Shown: one piece after another, positions 1 to 10,821 of the stretch
Layout: every line of letters starts with the position of its first letter
Numbering within the stretch: the first letter of the stretch is position 1
Source: Candidatus Hermodarchaeota archaeon
Lineage (GTDB): Archaea > Asgardarchaeota > Lokiarchaeia > Sigyniarchaeales > SOKP01
Length of the DNA stretch: 34,563 bases
Direction of reading: 5' to 3'
Assembly: GCA_048885925.1 (NCBI GenBank)
Contig: JBHLLG010000027.1
Location: 1 to 34,563, forward strand
The notes under the pieces: model-generated
What the model was told of the DNA's origin: nothing
The model's input: only the letters and a program-made list of their open reading frames with translations
Database searches by the model: none
Position numbers and translations under genes: made by a program

Positions 1-2
1 CT

Positions 3-557
3 GGTTTTGAACATGCTATTGGAGATATTTTAATCACTCTAGATTCTGATGGACAACATAATCCTGAAGAAATTCCCCAATTAATTAAACCAATTATCAG
101 AAATAAAGCGGATATTGTTATTGGTTCTCGATTTTTGGGTAACTGCCATTACAAAATGCCTTTATACGCTCGTGCTGGAGCTTATTTCGTAAATCTCTTT
201 TTATGGTTATTATTCCTACAAAAAGTCTATGATAATCAATGTGGATTTAGAGCCTTTAAAAAAGATATAGTTAAAATATTTAAAAATATGAAACAAACTG
301 GAATGGGATTCTCCACCGAGTTATTGTTTAAAGCAGCATATTTTAAATTAAAAGTAACTGAAATTCCAGTTTCCATAAATTCTAGGTCATTTGGAACGTC
401 TTATGTAAATCTAATTAAGATTACAATATCAATTAGCTCATGTATTATGTTTTATATATTAAAAAAGTTAAAAGTAAACTTAAAAAGCTCACTTATCAAA
501 AAATTTATTGATTTTTTTTATAAAAGATTTAGAATTGCTAAGATTTTTAATATTTAA
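3..557 (+). CDS. GT2 glycosyltransferase, DPM1/polyprenol-phosphate hexose synthase-like (5'-truncated by the window edge)
   Basis: The frame is open from position 3: GFEHAIGDILITLDSDGQHNPEEIPQLIKPIIRNKADIVIGSRF...DNQCGFRAF...GFSTE. It shows the DxD (DSDGQH), GSR and D-x-x-x-GF motifs of DPM1-like GT2. It is a close paralog of 988-1854. The TTG at 135 is internal. Confidence 0.9.
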   Translation, partial: GFEHAIGDILITLDSDGQHNPEEIPQLIKPIIRNKADIVIGSRFLGNCHYKMPLYARAGAYFVNLFLWLLFLQKVYDNQCGFRAFKKDIVKIFKNMKQTGMGFSTELLFKAAYFKLKVTEIPVSINSRSFGTSYVNLIKITISISSCIMFYILKKLKVNLKSSLIKKFIDFFYKRFRIAKIFNI

Positions 558-987
558 TTTTTAAGATATTCTTTTATTGATATTTATTTTAAAAATTTAG
601 TTTTTTTGCACTGTAAATTTAAATTCCGTTTTTATAAATTATTGGACATTTGGACTTATTAAATTCATTTCTCAAAAAATTCTATTACTTAAAATAAAAC
701 TTTTATTTTTATCATTTTATTTCTACCAAAAAGTCAGGAAAATTACTTATAAAATCTTATGCTACGAATTTAGGACAATAAGTAACTCTTATTCTTTTTA
801 AAGTAACAAATAGATTCTGTTCTAAAACATTATAACACTAAATATACATAATTGTAATTTAAAAAATCATTAAATTTATTATGTAAATAATAAAAATTGG
901 AAAGGCAAAAACTTATTAGGCTAAAAATAGATCTTAATGCTAAATTTAAATATTATTAAAAAATCATTGAAAATTTATTAAAAAATT

Positions 988-1854
988 ATGAAAACAGATC
1001 AAATGACTTCAGAAAGCATTGATAGTAGAAATGAACGGCTTTTGTCAAGTGAAATTTCTTCTATTACAAAGGGAAAAATAAATAATGATCCTCTTATTTC
1101 GGTAATAATCCCAGTATTTAATGAAGAAAATACAATAAAAAATGTTATAGAGAGAATTCCTAACCATCAAGAATACGAGATTATTATTGTTGATGATGGT
1201 TCGACGGATAATAGTATAAAAAATGTCCAAGAACTTCAAGAGAGAAAAGTTAAAATAGTAAAGCACACGAAAAATAAAGGTTATGGTGAAGCAGTGTTAT
1301 CAGGTTTTAGACAAGCCACTGGTGATATAATTGTAACGTTGGATTCAGATGGTCAACATAATCCTGAGGAAATTCCCCAGCTGATAAAACCAATCATCAA
1401 TAATAAAGCAGATATGGTTATTGGATCTAGATATTTGGGTAAATGTCATTATAAAATGCCTCTTTATGTAAAGGTTGGAGAATTTTTTGTACAATTATGT
1501 ATGAGATTATTATTTCTCCAAAGAGTATATGATAATCAATGTGGATTTAGAGCTTTTAAAAAAGAAATGGAAAAAATATTTAGTAATATGCGGTATACAG
1601 ATATGGGTTTTTCTACTGAAATGTTATTTAAAACTGCTTTTTATAAATTTAAGATTCTTGAAATTCCTGTTTCTGTAAATCCTCGTAAATATGGAACTTC
1701 TTATGTAAACCTTATAAGGATTACCAAATCAATCTCCTCCTGTATTATATTTTATATACTTAGAAAGTTCAAATTAAATATAAATCGCTTTTTTCTCAAG
1801 AAATTTGTCGATTACTTTTATAGAAGAATTAAATATAAGAGAATATTCCAATAA
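988..1854 (+). CDS. GT2 glycosyltransferase, DPM1/polyprenol-phosphate hexose synthase-like
   Basis: SVIIPVFNEE, IVDDGSTD, NKGYG, LDSDGQH, VIGSRY, DNQCGFRAF and R-x-x-G-x-S motifs; basic/hydrophobic C-terminal tail. Confidence 0.92.
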   Translation: MKTDQMTSESIDSRNERLLSSEISSITKGKINNDPLISVIIPVFNEENTIKNVIERIPNHQEYEIIIVDDGSTDNSIKNVQELQERKVKIVKHTKNKGYGEAVLSGFRQATGDIIVTLDSDGQHNPEEIPQLIKPIINNKADMVIGSRYLGKCHYKMPLYVKVGEFFVQLCMRLLFLQRVYDNQCGFRAFKKEMEKIFSNMRYTDMGFSTEMLFKTAFYKFKILEIPVSVNPRKYGTSYVNLIRITKSISSCIIFYILRKFKLNINRFFLKKFVDYFYRRIKYKRIFQ

Positions 1855-1932
1855 TTTATTCTCTTAAATTTTAATAGAATTTCTATTTCAAGTAATTTTC
1901 TTAAACTATATATTTAATTTAAAATATGAAAG

Positions 1933-1972
1933 TAATATTAGTGAATGGAGGATAAAGTTTAATATTAGTGAA
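1933..1972. repeat. 13-bp direct repeat TAATATTAGTGAA (two copies, 27-bp period) in an intergenic region
   Basis: Copies at 1933-1945 and 1960-1972; each contains the palindrome TAATATTA. AATGGAG also recurs at 1944 and 1978. Confidence 0.5.
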
Positions 1973-2074
1973 GATATAATGGAGCCCCATTCTCATTTAG
2001 ATTACAAAATTTTCATTACTAGATTGGTTATAAAAAAAGAAATAGTAAAATAACATTTTCAATATGATTTTAAA

Positions 2075-2950
2075 ATGTTCTTAGAAATTTTAATGTCTAC
2101 ATCTAATGAAAGACTAAACAACATTAATTTAGATTTATTACCAAAAATCAAAAATGTTAGATACATTATCTCTCATCAAATTTACGATGGGAAAAAGTAT
2201 TTTTTCAAAAATGATAGAAAGGATATTTATTATAATTTAACTCACTCTAAGGGGCTCTCTATTAATAGAAATAATACTATCTCTTTAGCCTCTGGAGATA
2301 TATGTTTAATCTCCGATGATGATGTTAATTATAAGAAAATTTATTTAAAACGAATTATCAGAGCTTTTAATAAAATTCCAGATGCGGATATTATCACCTT
2401 CAAAATAAATTCGAATTCATCTAATTCTAAATATAAAAAATATCCTAAAACCCCGATGTGGCACAATATTATCTCGAGTTTTAAAGTATCTTCAATAGAA
2501 ATTGCTTTTAAATTAAAAAGTATTAAAAAAGCAAAATTATTTTTTGATACTAATTTTGGAATTGGCGCCAAATATATATTGGGAGAAGAAAATCTATTTT
2601 TAATAGATGCTTTAAATCATGGATTAAAAGTTCTTTATATGCCCTTTTATATTGTAAACCATGAGGAAAGAGATATCGATATACAAGAGAAATATACATG
2701 TGATAGAATAATTATTTTAGGAGCGTTATTATTTCGGATTTTTGGAATCTTTTCCTTCTTTTTTGATTTATGCTTAAGTATTGCCAAATATCGTGAATAT
2801 AAATTATATCTCTCATTATCTAAATTTTTCTATTTTACTGTTAAAGGTAGTATTGAAGCACTAAAAACAATTTATAATGCTAAAAAAATAAGAATTACTA
2901 ATTTTTTATCAATATTTCAAATATTTTTTAAAAGACTTATAAGATCATAA
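2075..2950 (+). CDS. GT2 family glycosyltransferase
   Basis: KGLSINRN...ASGDICLISDDD (DxD), FDTNFGIG...GEE motifs of GT-A fold GT2 enzymes found in polysaccharide clusters. Confidence 0.85.
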   Translation: MFLEILMSTSNERLNNINLDLLPKIKNVRYIISHQIYDGKKYFFKNDRKDIYYNLTHSKGLSINRNNTISLASGDICLISDDDVNYKKIYLKRIIRAFNKIPDADIITFKINSNSSNSKYKKYPKTPMWHNIISSFKVSSIEIAFKLKSIKKAKLFFDTNFGIGAKYILGEENLFLIDALNHGLKVLYMPFYIVNHEERDIDIQEKYTCDRIIILGALLFRIFGIFSFFFDLCLSIAKYREYKLYLSLSKFFYFTVKGSIEALKTIYNAKKIRITNFLSIFQIFFKRLIRS

Positions 2951-2992
2951 ATTTAAAAAACAATAGGGTTATTGTAATTTATTAGAACAGTA

Positions 2993-3847
2993 ATGGTTAT
3001 TATAAATGTTAAAGAACCAATGGTAACAATCTTCACTCCAAATTACAATAAATCACAATTTATTTGTGAAACAATTGAAAGTATTCTCAATCAAAAATAT
3101 TCAAATTTTGAATATATTATAATTGATGATTGTTCTACTGATAATAGTTGGGAGATAATTCAAAATTATGCTAAAGTTGATGAAAGAATTAAAATCTATC
3201 GAAATACAAAGAATTTGGGCATTGTAAAAACACGAAACAAAGGTTTCAAAAAAAGATCTTCAAAATCAAAATATTTTGCTATTATAGATAGTGATGATAT
3301 TTCACTACCAGAAAGATTGAAAATACAAGTAGACTTTTTAGAACACAATCCAGATTACGGAATAGTAGGGAGTGATATATTAATCATTGACGCTAAATCC
3401 AAAATAATTGGTTTTAGAAAATATCCCTCAAAAGATACAGAAATAAGAAAACTGATCACAAGATTTAATCCTTTTGCGCAGTCAAGTATAATTATTAGAA
3501 CTGAGATAATAGATCAAATTGGATTTTATGATGAAGCATGGAGTGTATGTCAAGATTATGATTATTGGTTAAGAGTTGGTATAAAGTGGAAATTGGCTAA
3601 TCTCGATAAAGCTCTAATAAAATACAGAATAAATATAAATCAAATTAAATCCACCCAACTCAAAGAAACAATTAGAAATACATATTTTATCCAAAAAAAG
3701 GCTATAAACTTATATAACTATAAGGATCGGATTATTAATAAATTAATTAGAATTATAATTAGATTTTCTGTTTTATATCCAAAATTTCTATATTTTCTCT
3801 ATAACCTCTCTATTAAAATTAATATTAAAAATTTTAAACTTATATAA
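2993..3847 (+). CDS. GT2 family glycosyltransferase
   Basis: VTIFTPNYN, IIDDCSTD, NLGIVKTRN, IDSDD, QDYDYWLR. Confidence 0.92.
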   Translation: MVIINVKEPMVTIFTPNYNKSQFICETIESILNQKYSNFEYIIIDDCSTDNSWEIIQNYAKVDERIKIYRNTKNLGIVKTRNKGFKKRSSKSKYFAIIDSDDISLPERLKIQVDFLEHNPDYGIVGSDILIIDAKSKIIGFRKYPSKDTEIRKLITRFNPFAQSSIIIRTEIIDQIGFYDEAWSVCQDYDYWLRVGIKWKLANLDKALIKYRININQIKSTQLKETIRNTYFIQKKAINLYNYKDRIINKLIRIIIRFSVLYPKFLYFLYNLSIKINIKNFKLI

Positions 3848-4085
3848 AGAATTTTAAAAAGAAACTTCACAATATCTGGATTTAAATTCAGAGCTACTAT
3901 TTTTACTTTAAAATTAAAGAAAATGCAGGAATTATTTAAATAATAAGAGACAAGAAATAAATTATAAAATCAAATTAGAATAAATGTAGTAAAATAATAA
4001 AATGGAAAAAGAAAGTAAAATAAACTATTTATTAATAATATTTAATCTCTTCCAAAATTATTTTTAGAGTTACATTTGAAGAAAT

Positions 4086-4796
4086 ATGCAATTAATTAAA
4101 CCCAAAGAATTTTTCCGACATTTTCCAGTTAAAAAATTTGAAAATGTTCCAGGAGTTAGTCAATATGTAATTCCTATTTTTGGAAAAATCTTTTATGGGA
4201 GAATAAAAAGAATATTAAAGTTATTCATTAATCTAAAAAAAAATTGTTTTTCAGAAGTCTTGGATATTGGAGGGGGATGTGGTTTTTTTTCAGCTAATTT
4301 TAAAATAAATTTTCCTATGAGTAAAGTACATCTACTGGAAATTCTTAATAATAAAAAGGTTAGAATAGCTAAATATATTTTAAATAATAGATTTGATATA
4401 TCCTTAGATTATTACTTCGGCTACAATATTCAAAAGAGAACTGATTTTCAGGATAATAAGTTTGATTTAATATTTGCCTTAGATGTTTTAGAACATATTC
4501 ATAATATTGATTCTGGGATAAATGAGATTATAAGAATTTTAAAACCAGGAGGAATTCTATTTATTTCTGTCCCTATTGAAGGAAAATTACTTAAAATAAT
4601 AAGATTAATCATCAGTAAATTTTTACCAATAAAAATAGATATACATTGGAGAGGTACTATTAAATCCGAAAATAAATTTTTTGACTATTTAAAAAATAAT
4701 CAAAAACTAAAAATAATAATGAGAGAAAAATTCCCTTTTAGGACCCTTCCAGAAATTTTTTCTTATGATTCTTTTTATTTAGTTAGAAAACTATAA
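4086..4796 (+). CDS. Class I SAM-dependent methyltransferase (Methyltransf_11-like)
   Basis: VLDIGGGCG motif I, FDLIFALDVLEH, RILKPGG. Confidence 0.9.
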   Translation: MQLIKPKEFFRHFPVKKFENVPGVSQYVIPIFGKIFYGRIKRILKLFINLKKNCFSEVLDIGGGCGFFSANFKINFPMSKVHLLEILNNKKVRIAKYILNNRFDISLDYYFGYNIQKRTDFQDNKFDLIFALDVLEHIHNIDSGINEIIRILKPGGILFISVPIEGKLLKIIRLIISKFLPIKIDIHWRGTIKSENKFFDYLKNNQKLKIIMREKFPFRTLPEIFSYDSFYLVRKL

Positions 4797-5180
4797 CAAT
4801 TACTTAAAAAATAAAATTGACTATCAAAATAAATTCACATACCTTAAAGAAATTATTAAGAATTAAGTAGTCCAGCGAGAAGAATTTAACATTTACATGG
4901 TAATAAAGACTGGATGATTGAAAAAATAAATAGAATTTTAATAAGAAATACTATGATAAATTCAAATTTACTCTACAATATTTTTAAATTTAATATTTAA
5001 ATCAAAATTAATTACTTTAAAATCTATTTTACATTGATAGATGAAATTTTAACATAAATTCAATTAATCTACAAATTTCTTTATAAATAGTATGAGACGA
5101 AATATTTTTAAAAATAATAATGACAGTTTTCTTTATAAAAAGGTAAATTTTTTTATTCTTTTTAAATATTAATCCTAACA

Positions 5181-7136
5181 ATGAATTCTGAAATTTATGT
5201 TATTTTTTTTATAAATGCAATTCTTCTTAACATAATCTTTATTTTATCAATTGCCTTTTTTGGATACGCAATTCTTTTTTTTATTGGAAGAAAGACGATA
5301 AAAGACTGGAATTTATCAATTTTAGAATATTGTTTTATATCATTCACTATTGGTTTATCAATTTATCTTGTGTGGTGCTATCTAGCTGATATATTTCATT
5401 TATTTAATTTTTATACAATTTATCTTCCTATAGTGATTATAGATGTAGTATTTATCCTCCTAAAAACTAAAAATTTTAAATTTAACAAATTCATTAAATC
5501 CTTTAAATTGATTTTAAAAAAACGTCAATTTGGGTTAAGCATTTTAATTATTGTTATTTTGCTTTTACTTATTAAAATATGGAATGCACTTTTTTTGAGA
5601 GCTTCTCTATTATCAAGGGATCCTTATTCATGGACTAGTAATGTTCTTTATCTTTTGGAACATTCACATTTAAATTATGATTGGCTCTCTAATGCCAGAT
5701 ACCCAGATGGTTTTGTTTTCTATAGTGCGGGAAATTTATTAATTTCTATGAATAAGACTATGGGATATTTTTTTATGAAATTCGGTGGTGTTCCAACCTT
5801 TTTTTTGTATATTATAATGATGTATATAATTTCAAGAAGGGTTTTTAAAAGAAAATATTTAACATATGTCTGTTTAATTCTTGTAATATCATATAATTAC
5901 ATAATCTATAGAAACCTTATTTTTCTTCCATCTAATCTCGTTAATTTACTTATCCTCGTATCTATTATGATTATTTTTACAGATATACCAAATTATTTTT
6001 TGGGATTTATTATCCCCACTGCTTACTTATTACATGCTTTAAGTGCTATATTCTTGATAACTGGTATATTTATTTTTTACATTGTCAAATTGGCAAGAAA
6101 TATGAAAGATATAAAAACTATCACTAAAGATTTTCTAATTATTACATCAATTTCATTTCTTTTAATTACCCCTTTTCTTATAAACATTTATTTAACTAGA
6201 AATAAAAGTATTTTTTATCTTATTGAGGGATATCTTGAAGTATTTTCCCCTCTCTCTCTAAACAGTATAAAATTCAATAAATTCTTAATATTACTTTTTA
6301 TACCGTATTTTAACCTCGATTTTGAAGGATTTACTTCATTTTTATTTCATAATACTATTGGGATATTTTTGTTTCTTTCAATTGGTGGACTTATTATAGA
6401 ACCTAAAAAACAAGGAAGCAAATTTAATGATGGGTATATTTATATAAAAGTATGTTTTGTATTGCTCTTAATCATATTTAGTCTACCTTATCTATTCATT
6501 TTTTATGATGATTTTTTTATTTGGTCAAGTGAAAGAATTATTGAAACTTTTTCTCCTCAATTAATCTTAATATCTTGTCTTTTTTTAGAATGGATTATTG
6601 AAATTTTTAATAAAATATATCAAAGATCAAAATTAGAATATAAAAAACTTTCTAAAATAATTGAAGTAAATAAAAATACACTTAGTTATTTGAACCTTAA
6701 AAGATTATTCTTACTTCTATTATTTTTATTTCCATTCTCTGTTTATCTTATTAGTACTGATAAAAAATTTGAACACTATTACATTTATAATTCTTCACTT
6801 GTTGAAAATATTATCTATATTAATGATAATTTACCTCCAAACAGTAACATTATGGTTCATAATTTATATTATGATGATTTCGCTTATACAAAAAATGAAC
6901 CTTATCAGTTATTATATAATTTTAATCTTTCTTATTATCAATATACACGAAATTACACTTACAACGATTTTTTCGATCTGTGTTCTGTAAATAATATTGA
7001 ATATGTAGTTTTAAAGAAATCTAATTTCAATGTAACAATCTTTTTAATTAATTTTAATTCTAGCTTAAATTTCATGGAAATTTATCCAAATACTCCTGGA
7101 GACATATATCGACTTTATAAATTTTATAATGGTTAA
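5181..7136 (+). CDS. Multi-pass membrane protein, predicted GT-C fold glycosyltransferase (AglB/PMT-like architecture)
   Basis: Many hydrophobic segments. SRDPYSW loop motif followed by YPDG, and a soluble C-terminal domain starting YINDNLPPNSNIM, similar to the W-x-x-x-N-T-P segment of AglB-like proteins. Lies in a glycan cluster. Confidence 0.65.
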   Translation: MNSEIYVIFFINAILLNIIFILSIAFFGYAILFFIGRKTIKDWNLSILEYCFISFTIGLSIYLVWCYLADIFHLFNFYTIYLPIVIIDVVFILLKTKNFKFNKFIKSFKLILKKRQFGLSILIIVILLLLIKIWNALFLRASLLSRDPYSWTSNVLYLLEHSHLNYDWLSNARYPDGFVFYSAGNLLISMNKTMGYFFMKFGGVPTFFLYIIMMYIISRRVFKRKYLTYVCLILVISYNYIIYRNLIFLPSNLVNLLILVSIMIIFTDIPNYFLGFIIPTAYLLHALSAIFLITGIFIFYIVKLARNMKDIKTITKDFLIITSISFLLITPFLINIYLTRNKSIFYLIEGYLEVFSPLSLNSIKFNKFLILLFIPYFNLDFEGFTSFLFHNTIGIFLFLSIGGLIIEPKKQGSKFNDGYIYIKVCFVLLLIIFSLPYLFIFYDDFFIWSSERIIETFSPQLILISCLFLEWIIEIFNKIYQRSKLEYKKLSKIIEVNKNTLSYLNLKRLFLLLLFLFPFSVYLISTDKKFEHYYIYNSSLVENIIYINDNLPPNSNIMVHNLYYDDFAYTKNEPYQLLYNFNLSYYQYTRNYTYNDFFDLCSVNNIEYVVLKKSNFNVTIFLINFNSSLNFMEIYPNTPGDIYRLYKFYNG

Positions 7137-7177
7137 ATAGAAATATCATAATCTTAAATCGATATTTTATTAAAATT

Positions 7178-8200
7178 ATGTCTGGTTACAAAAATATTTT
7201 AAAAAAAAATTTGTTTTTATTAGATCACCTTTCCTTTAAATATAAAAAAATTAAAACACAAGATACTCTAATAATTTCAGGCACTCCTAGATCAGGAACG
7301 ACCTGGTTGATGGAAATTATTGAAAAACTACCAAAATACGCTTCTGTTTTTGAACCACTTAATCCAAAATGGTTTCCAGACGCCAAACTTTATGGATTTA
7401 ATTCTAGGACATACGTACCTTTAAATACAGATTGGAAGAGAGGAGAAAAATATCTTCATAAAGTTTTTTCTGGAAAAATTATAAGTAAAAACCCCAATTA
7501 TAATCCGGATCCTAAATTTATTATAAAACGTTTATTAAGCAATAAAATTGTTGTAAAATTCATTCGTGCAAACCGTTTATTGCCTTGGATACAAGAAAAA
7601 TTTCAATTAAAGGGAATTATTCATATCATAAGACATCCATGTGCTACAATAAATTCACAGTTAGAGAAAAATTATTTTGGATATAATTATCTAACTAAAG
7701 ATTTCACAGAGAAAATGCCTTCGAAAGAGGTTCTAATAAATGAAATTAGCCAAATTAAGAATTATAAATCCTTTTTTCTAAATATTGTTAAAAATTTTAA
7801 GCATAAAGAAGAAATTTTAGCTGCAATATGGTGTATTGACAATATTATTCCTTTAACTTCAATATACGTTAATAAATTATATATATTAACTTATGAATCA
7901 TTAATTTCTGAAGGATTAAAGGAATTAAAAAAGCTTTATACTTTTTTTGGTGAAAAATTGAATAAAGCATCAATAAATCAACTTTTAATACCCAGTCGAT
8001 TAACTAAAGGTGAAAATCCTAAAAAAGTCTTAAATCTTAATTATCAGATAAATAAATGGAAAACATCTTTAAACGAAAATCAAATTAATCGAATAATCGA
8101 TGTGGTTCATGAATTTGGACTTGATTTCTATACAAGGGATATAATACCAAACAACAAAGCATTGCATAGTTTCATTGATAATAATTTCTATAATATATAA
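7178..8200 (+). CDS. PAPS-dependent sulfotransferase
   Basis: 5'-PSB motif ISGTPRSGTTWL, FEP, 3'-PB motif IIRHPCATINS, TYE and KWK motifs. Confidence 0.9.
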   Translation: MSGYKNILKKNLFLLDHLSFKYKKIKTQDTLIISGTPRSGTTWLMEIIEKLPKYASVFEPLNPKWFPDAKLYGFNSRTYVPLNTDWKRGEKYLHKVFSGKIISKNPNYNPDPKFIIKRLLSNKIVVKFIRANRLLPWIQEKFQLKGIIHIIRHPCATINSQLEKNYFGYNYLTKDFTEKMPSKEVLINEISQIKNYKSFFLNIVKNFKHKEEILAAIWCIDNIIPLTSIYVNKLYILTYESLISEGLKELKKLYTFFGEKLNKASINQLLIPSRLTKGENPKKVLNLNYQINKWKTSLNENQINRIIDVVHEFGLDFYTRDIIPNNKALHSFIDNNFYNI

Positions 8201-8245
8201 TAAAATTAAATCTCAACATTAAAAAGCAATAAAGAAACTGAATTA

Positions 8246-9127
8246 TTAATTTAAAACTCCTCTTCTTGCTAGAAAAAAGCTAATATTAATTAATATTGAA
8301 CTTATAAAACAATAGGGAGCATATTTAAATAGTTTATAACATAGGAAGAGACTTTTTGATAATTTCTTATATTTTAGATAATAGAAAACGACATTTAATA
8401 ACTGAATACTATAGATTTTTTTTGAGATTACCTTTCCATAAGAACTAATAAAATGCGAAAAATCTTTTAAAAATTTAAATTTTAATTTAAGATGATTTTT
8501 TAAGAAAAATGTAGAATTAGACGTTCCTTTAATGAATAAAGGCTCTTTTAATAATTTTATTTTCCCTTCCATACAAACTCTAAGGATAAATTCCCAATCT
8601 TGATGTCTTATATAAGATGGATTAAATCCACCAATAGACTTTACAATCTCTGACTTTAAAAATAATGAACTAGTTCCCCCTAATATAAATTTTTTATTTA
8701 AGGTTAATAACGCAAGAGATAAATCTTCTTCAATAAAACTTCTAACGACTTTTTTTGTTTCTATATTAATCCACCAAGAATAAAGTCCAACCCATTCTTC
8801 AGATAAAGAATCCATCAGTTTTACTGATTTCTCAATTTTATTTTTTAAAAATAAGTCATCATCATCTAAAAAAGCAATGTATTTACCTTTTGCTTCTTTT
8901 ATTCCTGTATTTCTTGCAGCAGCGCCCCCTTTATTTCTCGTATGGTTTATTACTTTCACATAATCTTTTTTTGGAATGATCAAATCAATTTTATTTTCAG
9001 GATCATCATTCACAATAATTATTTCTATATTATTATATGTCTGCTTTAAAACGCTATTTAATGCACGCCTAAGTTCGTTAGGTCTTCCATAAGTAGGAAT
9101 AATAACACTTACTAATGGGATATCCAT
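8246..9127 (-). CDS. GT2 family glycosyltransferase
   Basis: VSVIIPTYGR, IVNDD, GGAAARNTGI, AFLDDDD, HQDWEF. Confidence 0.92.
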   Translation of the reverse strand: MDIPLVSVIIPTYGRPNELRRALNSVLKQTYNNIEIIIVNDDPENKIDLIIPKKDYVKVINHTRNKGGAAARNTGIKEAKGKYIAFLDDDDLFLKNKIEKSVKLMDSLSEEWVGLYSWWINIETKKVVRSFIEEDLSLALLTLNKKFILGGTSSLFLKSEIVKSIGGFNPSYIRHQDWEFILRVCMEGKIKLLKEPLFIKGTSNSTFFLKNHLKLKFKFLKDFSHFISSYGKVISKKIYSIQLLNVVFYYLKYKKLSKSLFLCYKLFKYAPYCFISSILINISFFLARRGVLN

Positions 9128-9326
9128 TTTTTATTTTCTTAAATTTATGAGTATGAAAAAGAATATACATTTATAATTTTATTTTAATATTAAATCTATC
9201 TATTATCTCTGTTTATTTTTAGAATTAGATGTAATTACAAGAATTTTTGAATCAATTTAAATTTTCATTCACAATTTATAATTTCAATAATTTTACTTTT
9301 TAAATTAATTAATTGGAAAAAGTTTA

Positions 9327-10601
9327 ATGAAAGTACTCTCGAAGTTAAACGTGTTACACTTACTTGAGTTTTCATTGCCTAAAATAGCTGGATACTCAAT
9401 TAGAACTCATAATATACTTATTTTTCAAAAGAAACTTATTTCTCCAATAGCTCTTGTAGATCCGAATAATATTCGAGGTAAGAAACCATATATTTTAGAC
9501 GGTATATCTTATTACAAATATCCTCCGTTTCTTGGGTATAATCTAATTAATAATTCAAAAATTTTACATTTATTAAAATTTTCTCAAGCATATAATATAA
9601 TCTATAATTACTTAGTTGAAAATCAAAAAAAATTCATAAAGGATTTTGTTAATTCAAAGAAAATTGATTTAATTCATGCTCATTCTCCAAGTAAATCAGC
9701 AAAAATAGGATGTTATGTAGCTAAAAACAAAAAAATACCATTTATTTATGAAGTTCGAGGATTTATTGAAGATACTAAAGTAGGATTAGGAAAATGGACA
9801 GAAAAGTCTCTGAAGTATAGAAAGAGACGAAAAAAGGAAACTGAATTGATGAAAAGAGCTGATGCAGTAATTACTTTGGGAAAAGCAATGAAGAAAGAAA
9901 TACAAAATAGAGGTATTAATGAGAATAAGATATTTATTGTTCCAAATGGAGTAGATACTCAAAAATTTGTTCCAGAACCTATTGATGAGAATTTAAAAAT
10001 GAAGTTAAATCTACAACAAGTGAAACTAATCGGTTATGTTGGATCAATTAGAAAAATTGAGGGGCTTGAGATTTTATTGAAAGCTTTTTATTTTCTTGAA
10101 AAGAAGATCAAAAATATTAAAATTATAATTGTAGGACCTGTAAGACCAGAAACTTATCTTATATCTTTGAAATCTTATATAAGGAAATTGAAAATTGAAA
10201 ATAATGTGATTTTTACTGGAAAAGTATCATACGAAGATATTAAAAAATATTATTCAATAATAGATGTTTTTGTGTTACCACGATTAGATACGAGAGTAAA
10301 TAGAATAGTTACTCCTTTAAAACCTTTGGAGGTTATGGCATTGGGTAAATTATTATTGGCAAGTGATTTACCTGCGTTAAAGGAATTAGTCATTCCAAAA
10401 GTCACTGGGGATTTATTTGAACCTGAAAACTCAAAAATGTTGGCAAATAAATTAGAATATTATTTAAGAAATTTAGACAAAATAGATGAACTTAAAAATA
10501 ATGCTAGAGAATGGGTTCTGAAAAATTTTGATTGGTCGGAGGTAGTCAAAAGATATATTCCTATCTATGAAGAATTGATAAAAAAATCTCAATACAGTTA
10601 A
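9327..10601 (+). CDS. GT4 family glycosyltransferase (GT-B fold)
   Basis: AGYSIRT, IHAHSP, YEVRG, VPNGVD, GYVGS...EG, VTPLKPLEVMA, ASDLP. Confidence 0.92.
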   Translation: MKVLSKLNVLHLLEFSLPKIAGYSIRTHNILIFQKKLISPIALVDPNNIRGKKPYILDGISYYKYPPFLGYNLINNSKILHLLKFSQAYNIIYNYLVENQKKFIKDFVNSKKIDLIHAHSPSKSAKIGCYVAKNKKIPFIYEVRGFIEDTKVGLGKWTEKSLKYRKRRKKETELMKRADAVITLGKAMKKEIQNRGINENKIFIVPNGVDTQKFVPEPIDENLKMKLNLQQVKLIGYVGSIRKIEGLEILLKAFYFLEKKIKNIKIIIVGPVRPETYLISLKSYIRKLKIENNVIFTGKVSYEDIKKYYSIIDVFVLPRLDTRVNRIVTPLKPLEVMALGKLLLASDLPALKELVIPKVTGDLFEPENSKMLANKLEYYLRNLDKIDELKNNAREWVLKNFDWSEVVKRYIPIYEELIKKSQYS

Positions 10602-10821
10602 TTTATTCTTAATATTTAATTCTATCGCCTAAAATTAATAAAGAGAAATTAATTTTTAAAGTTAATAATTTTTGATTATTTACCGTTTTATGTTTTAAAT
10701 GCACACTCCTAAAAAGCAGATGTAATTTCGAGTAAATAAATGATAATAATAATCTTAGAAAATTTTTAGTAAAGCTATCGATTAAATTATTTATAAATTA
10801 ACCAAATATATCTAAAATATT

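Noticed and set aside
4797-5180. Long AT-rich spacer with a short TCCAG/CTGGA inverted pair
   Set aside because: The 5-bp stem is not significant, and there is no RNA gene, MITE or ORF evidence.
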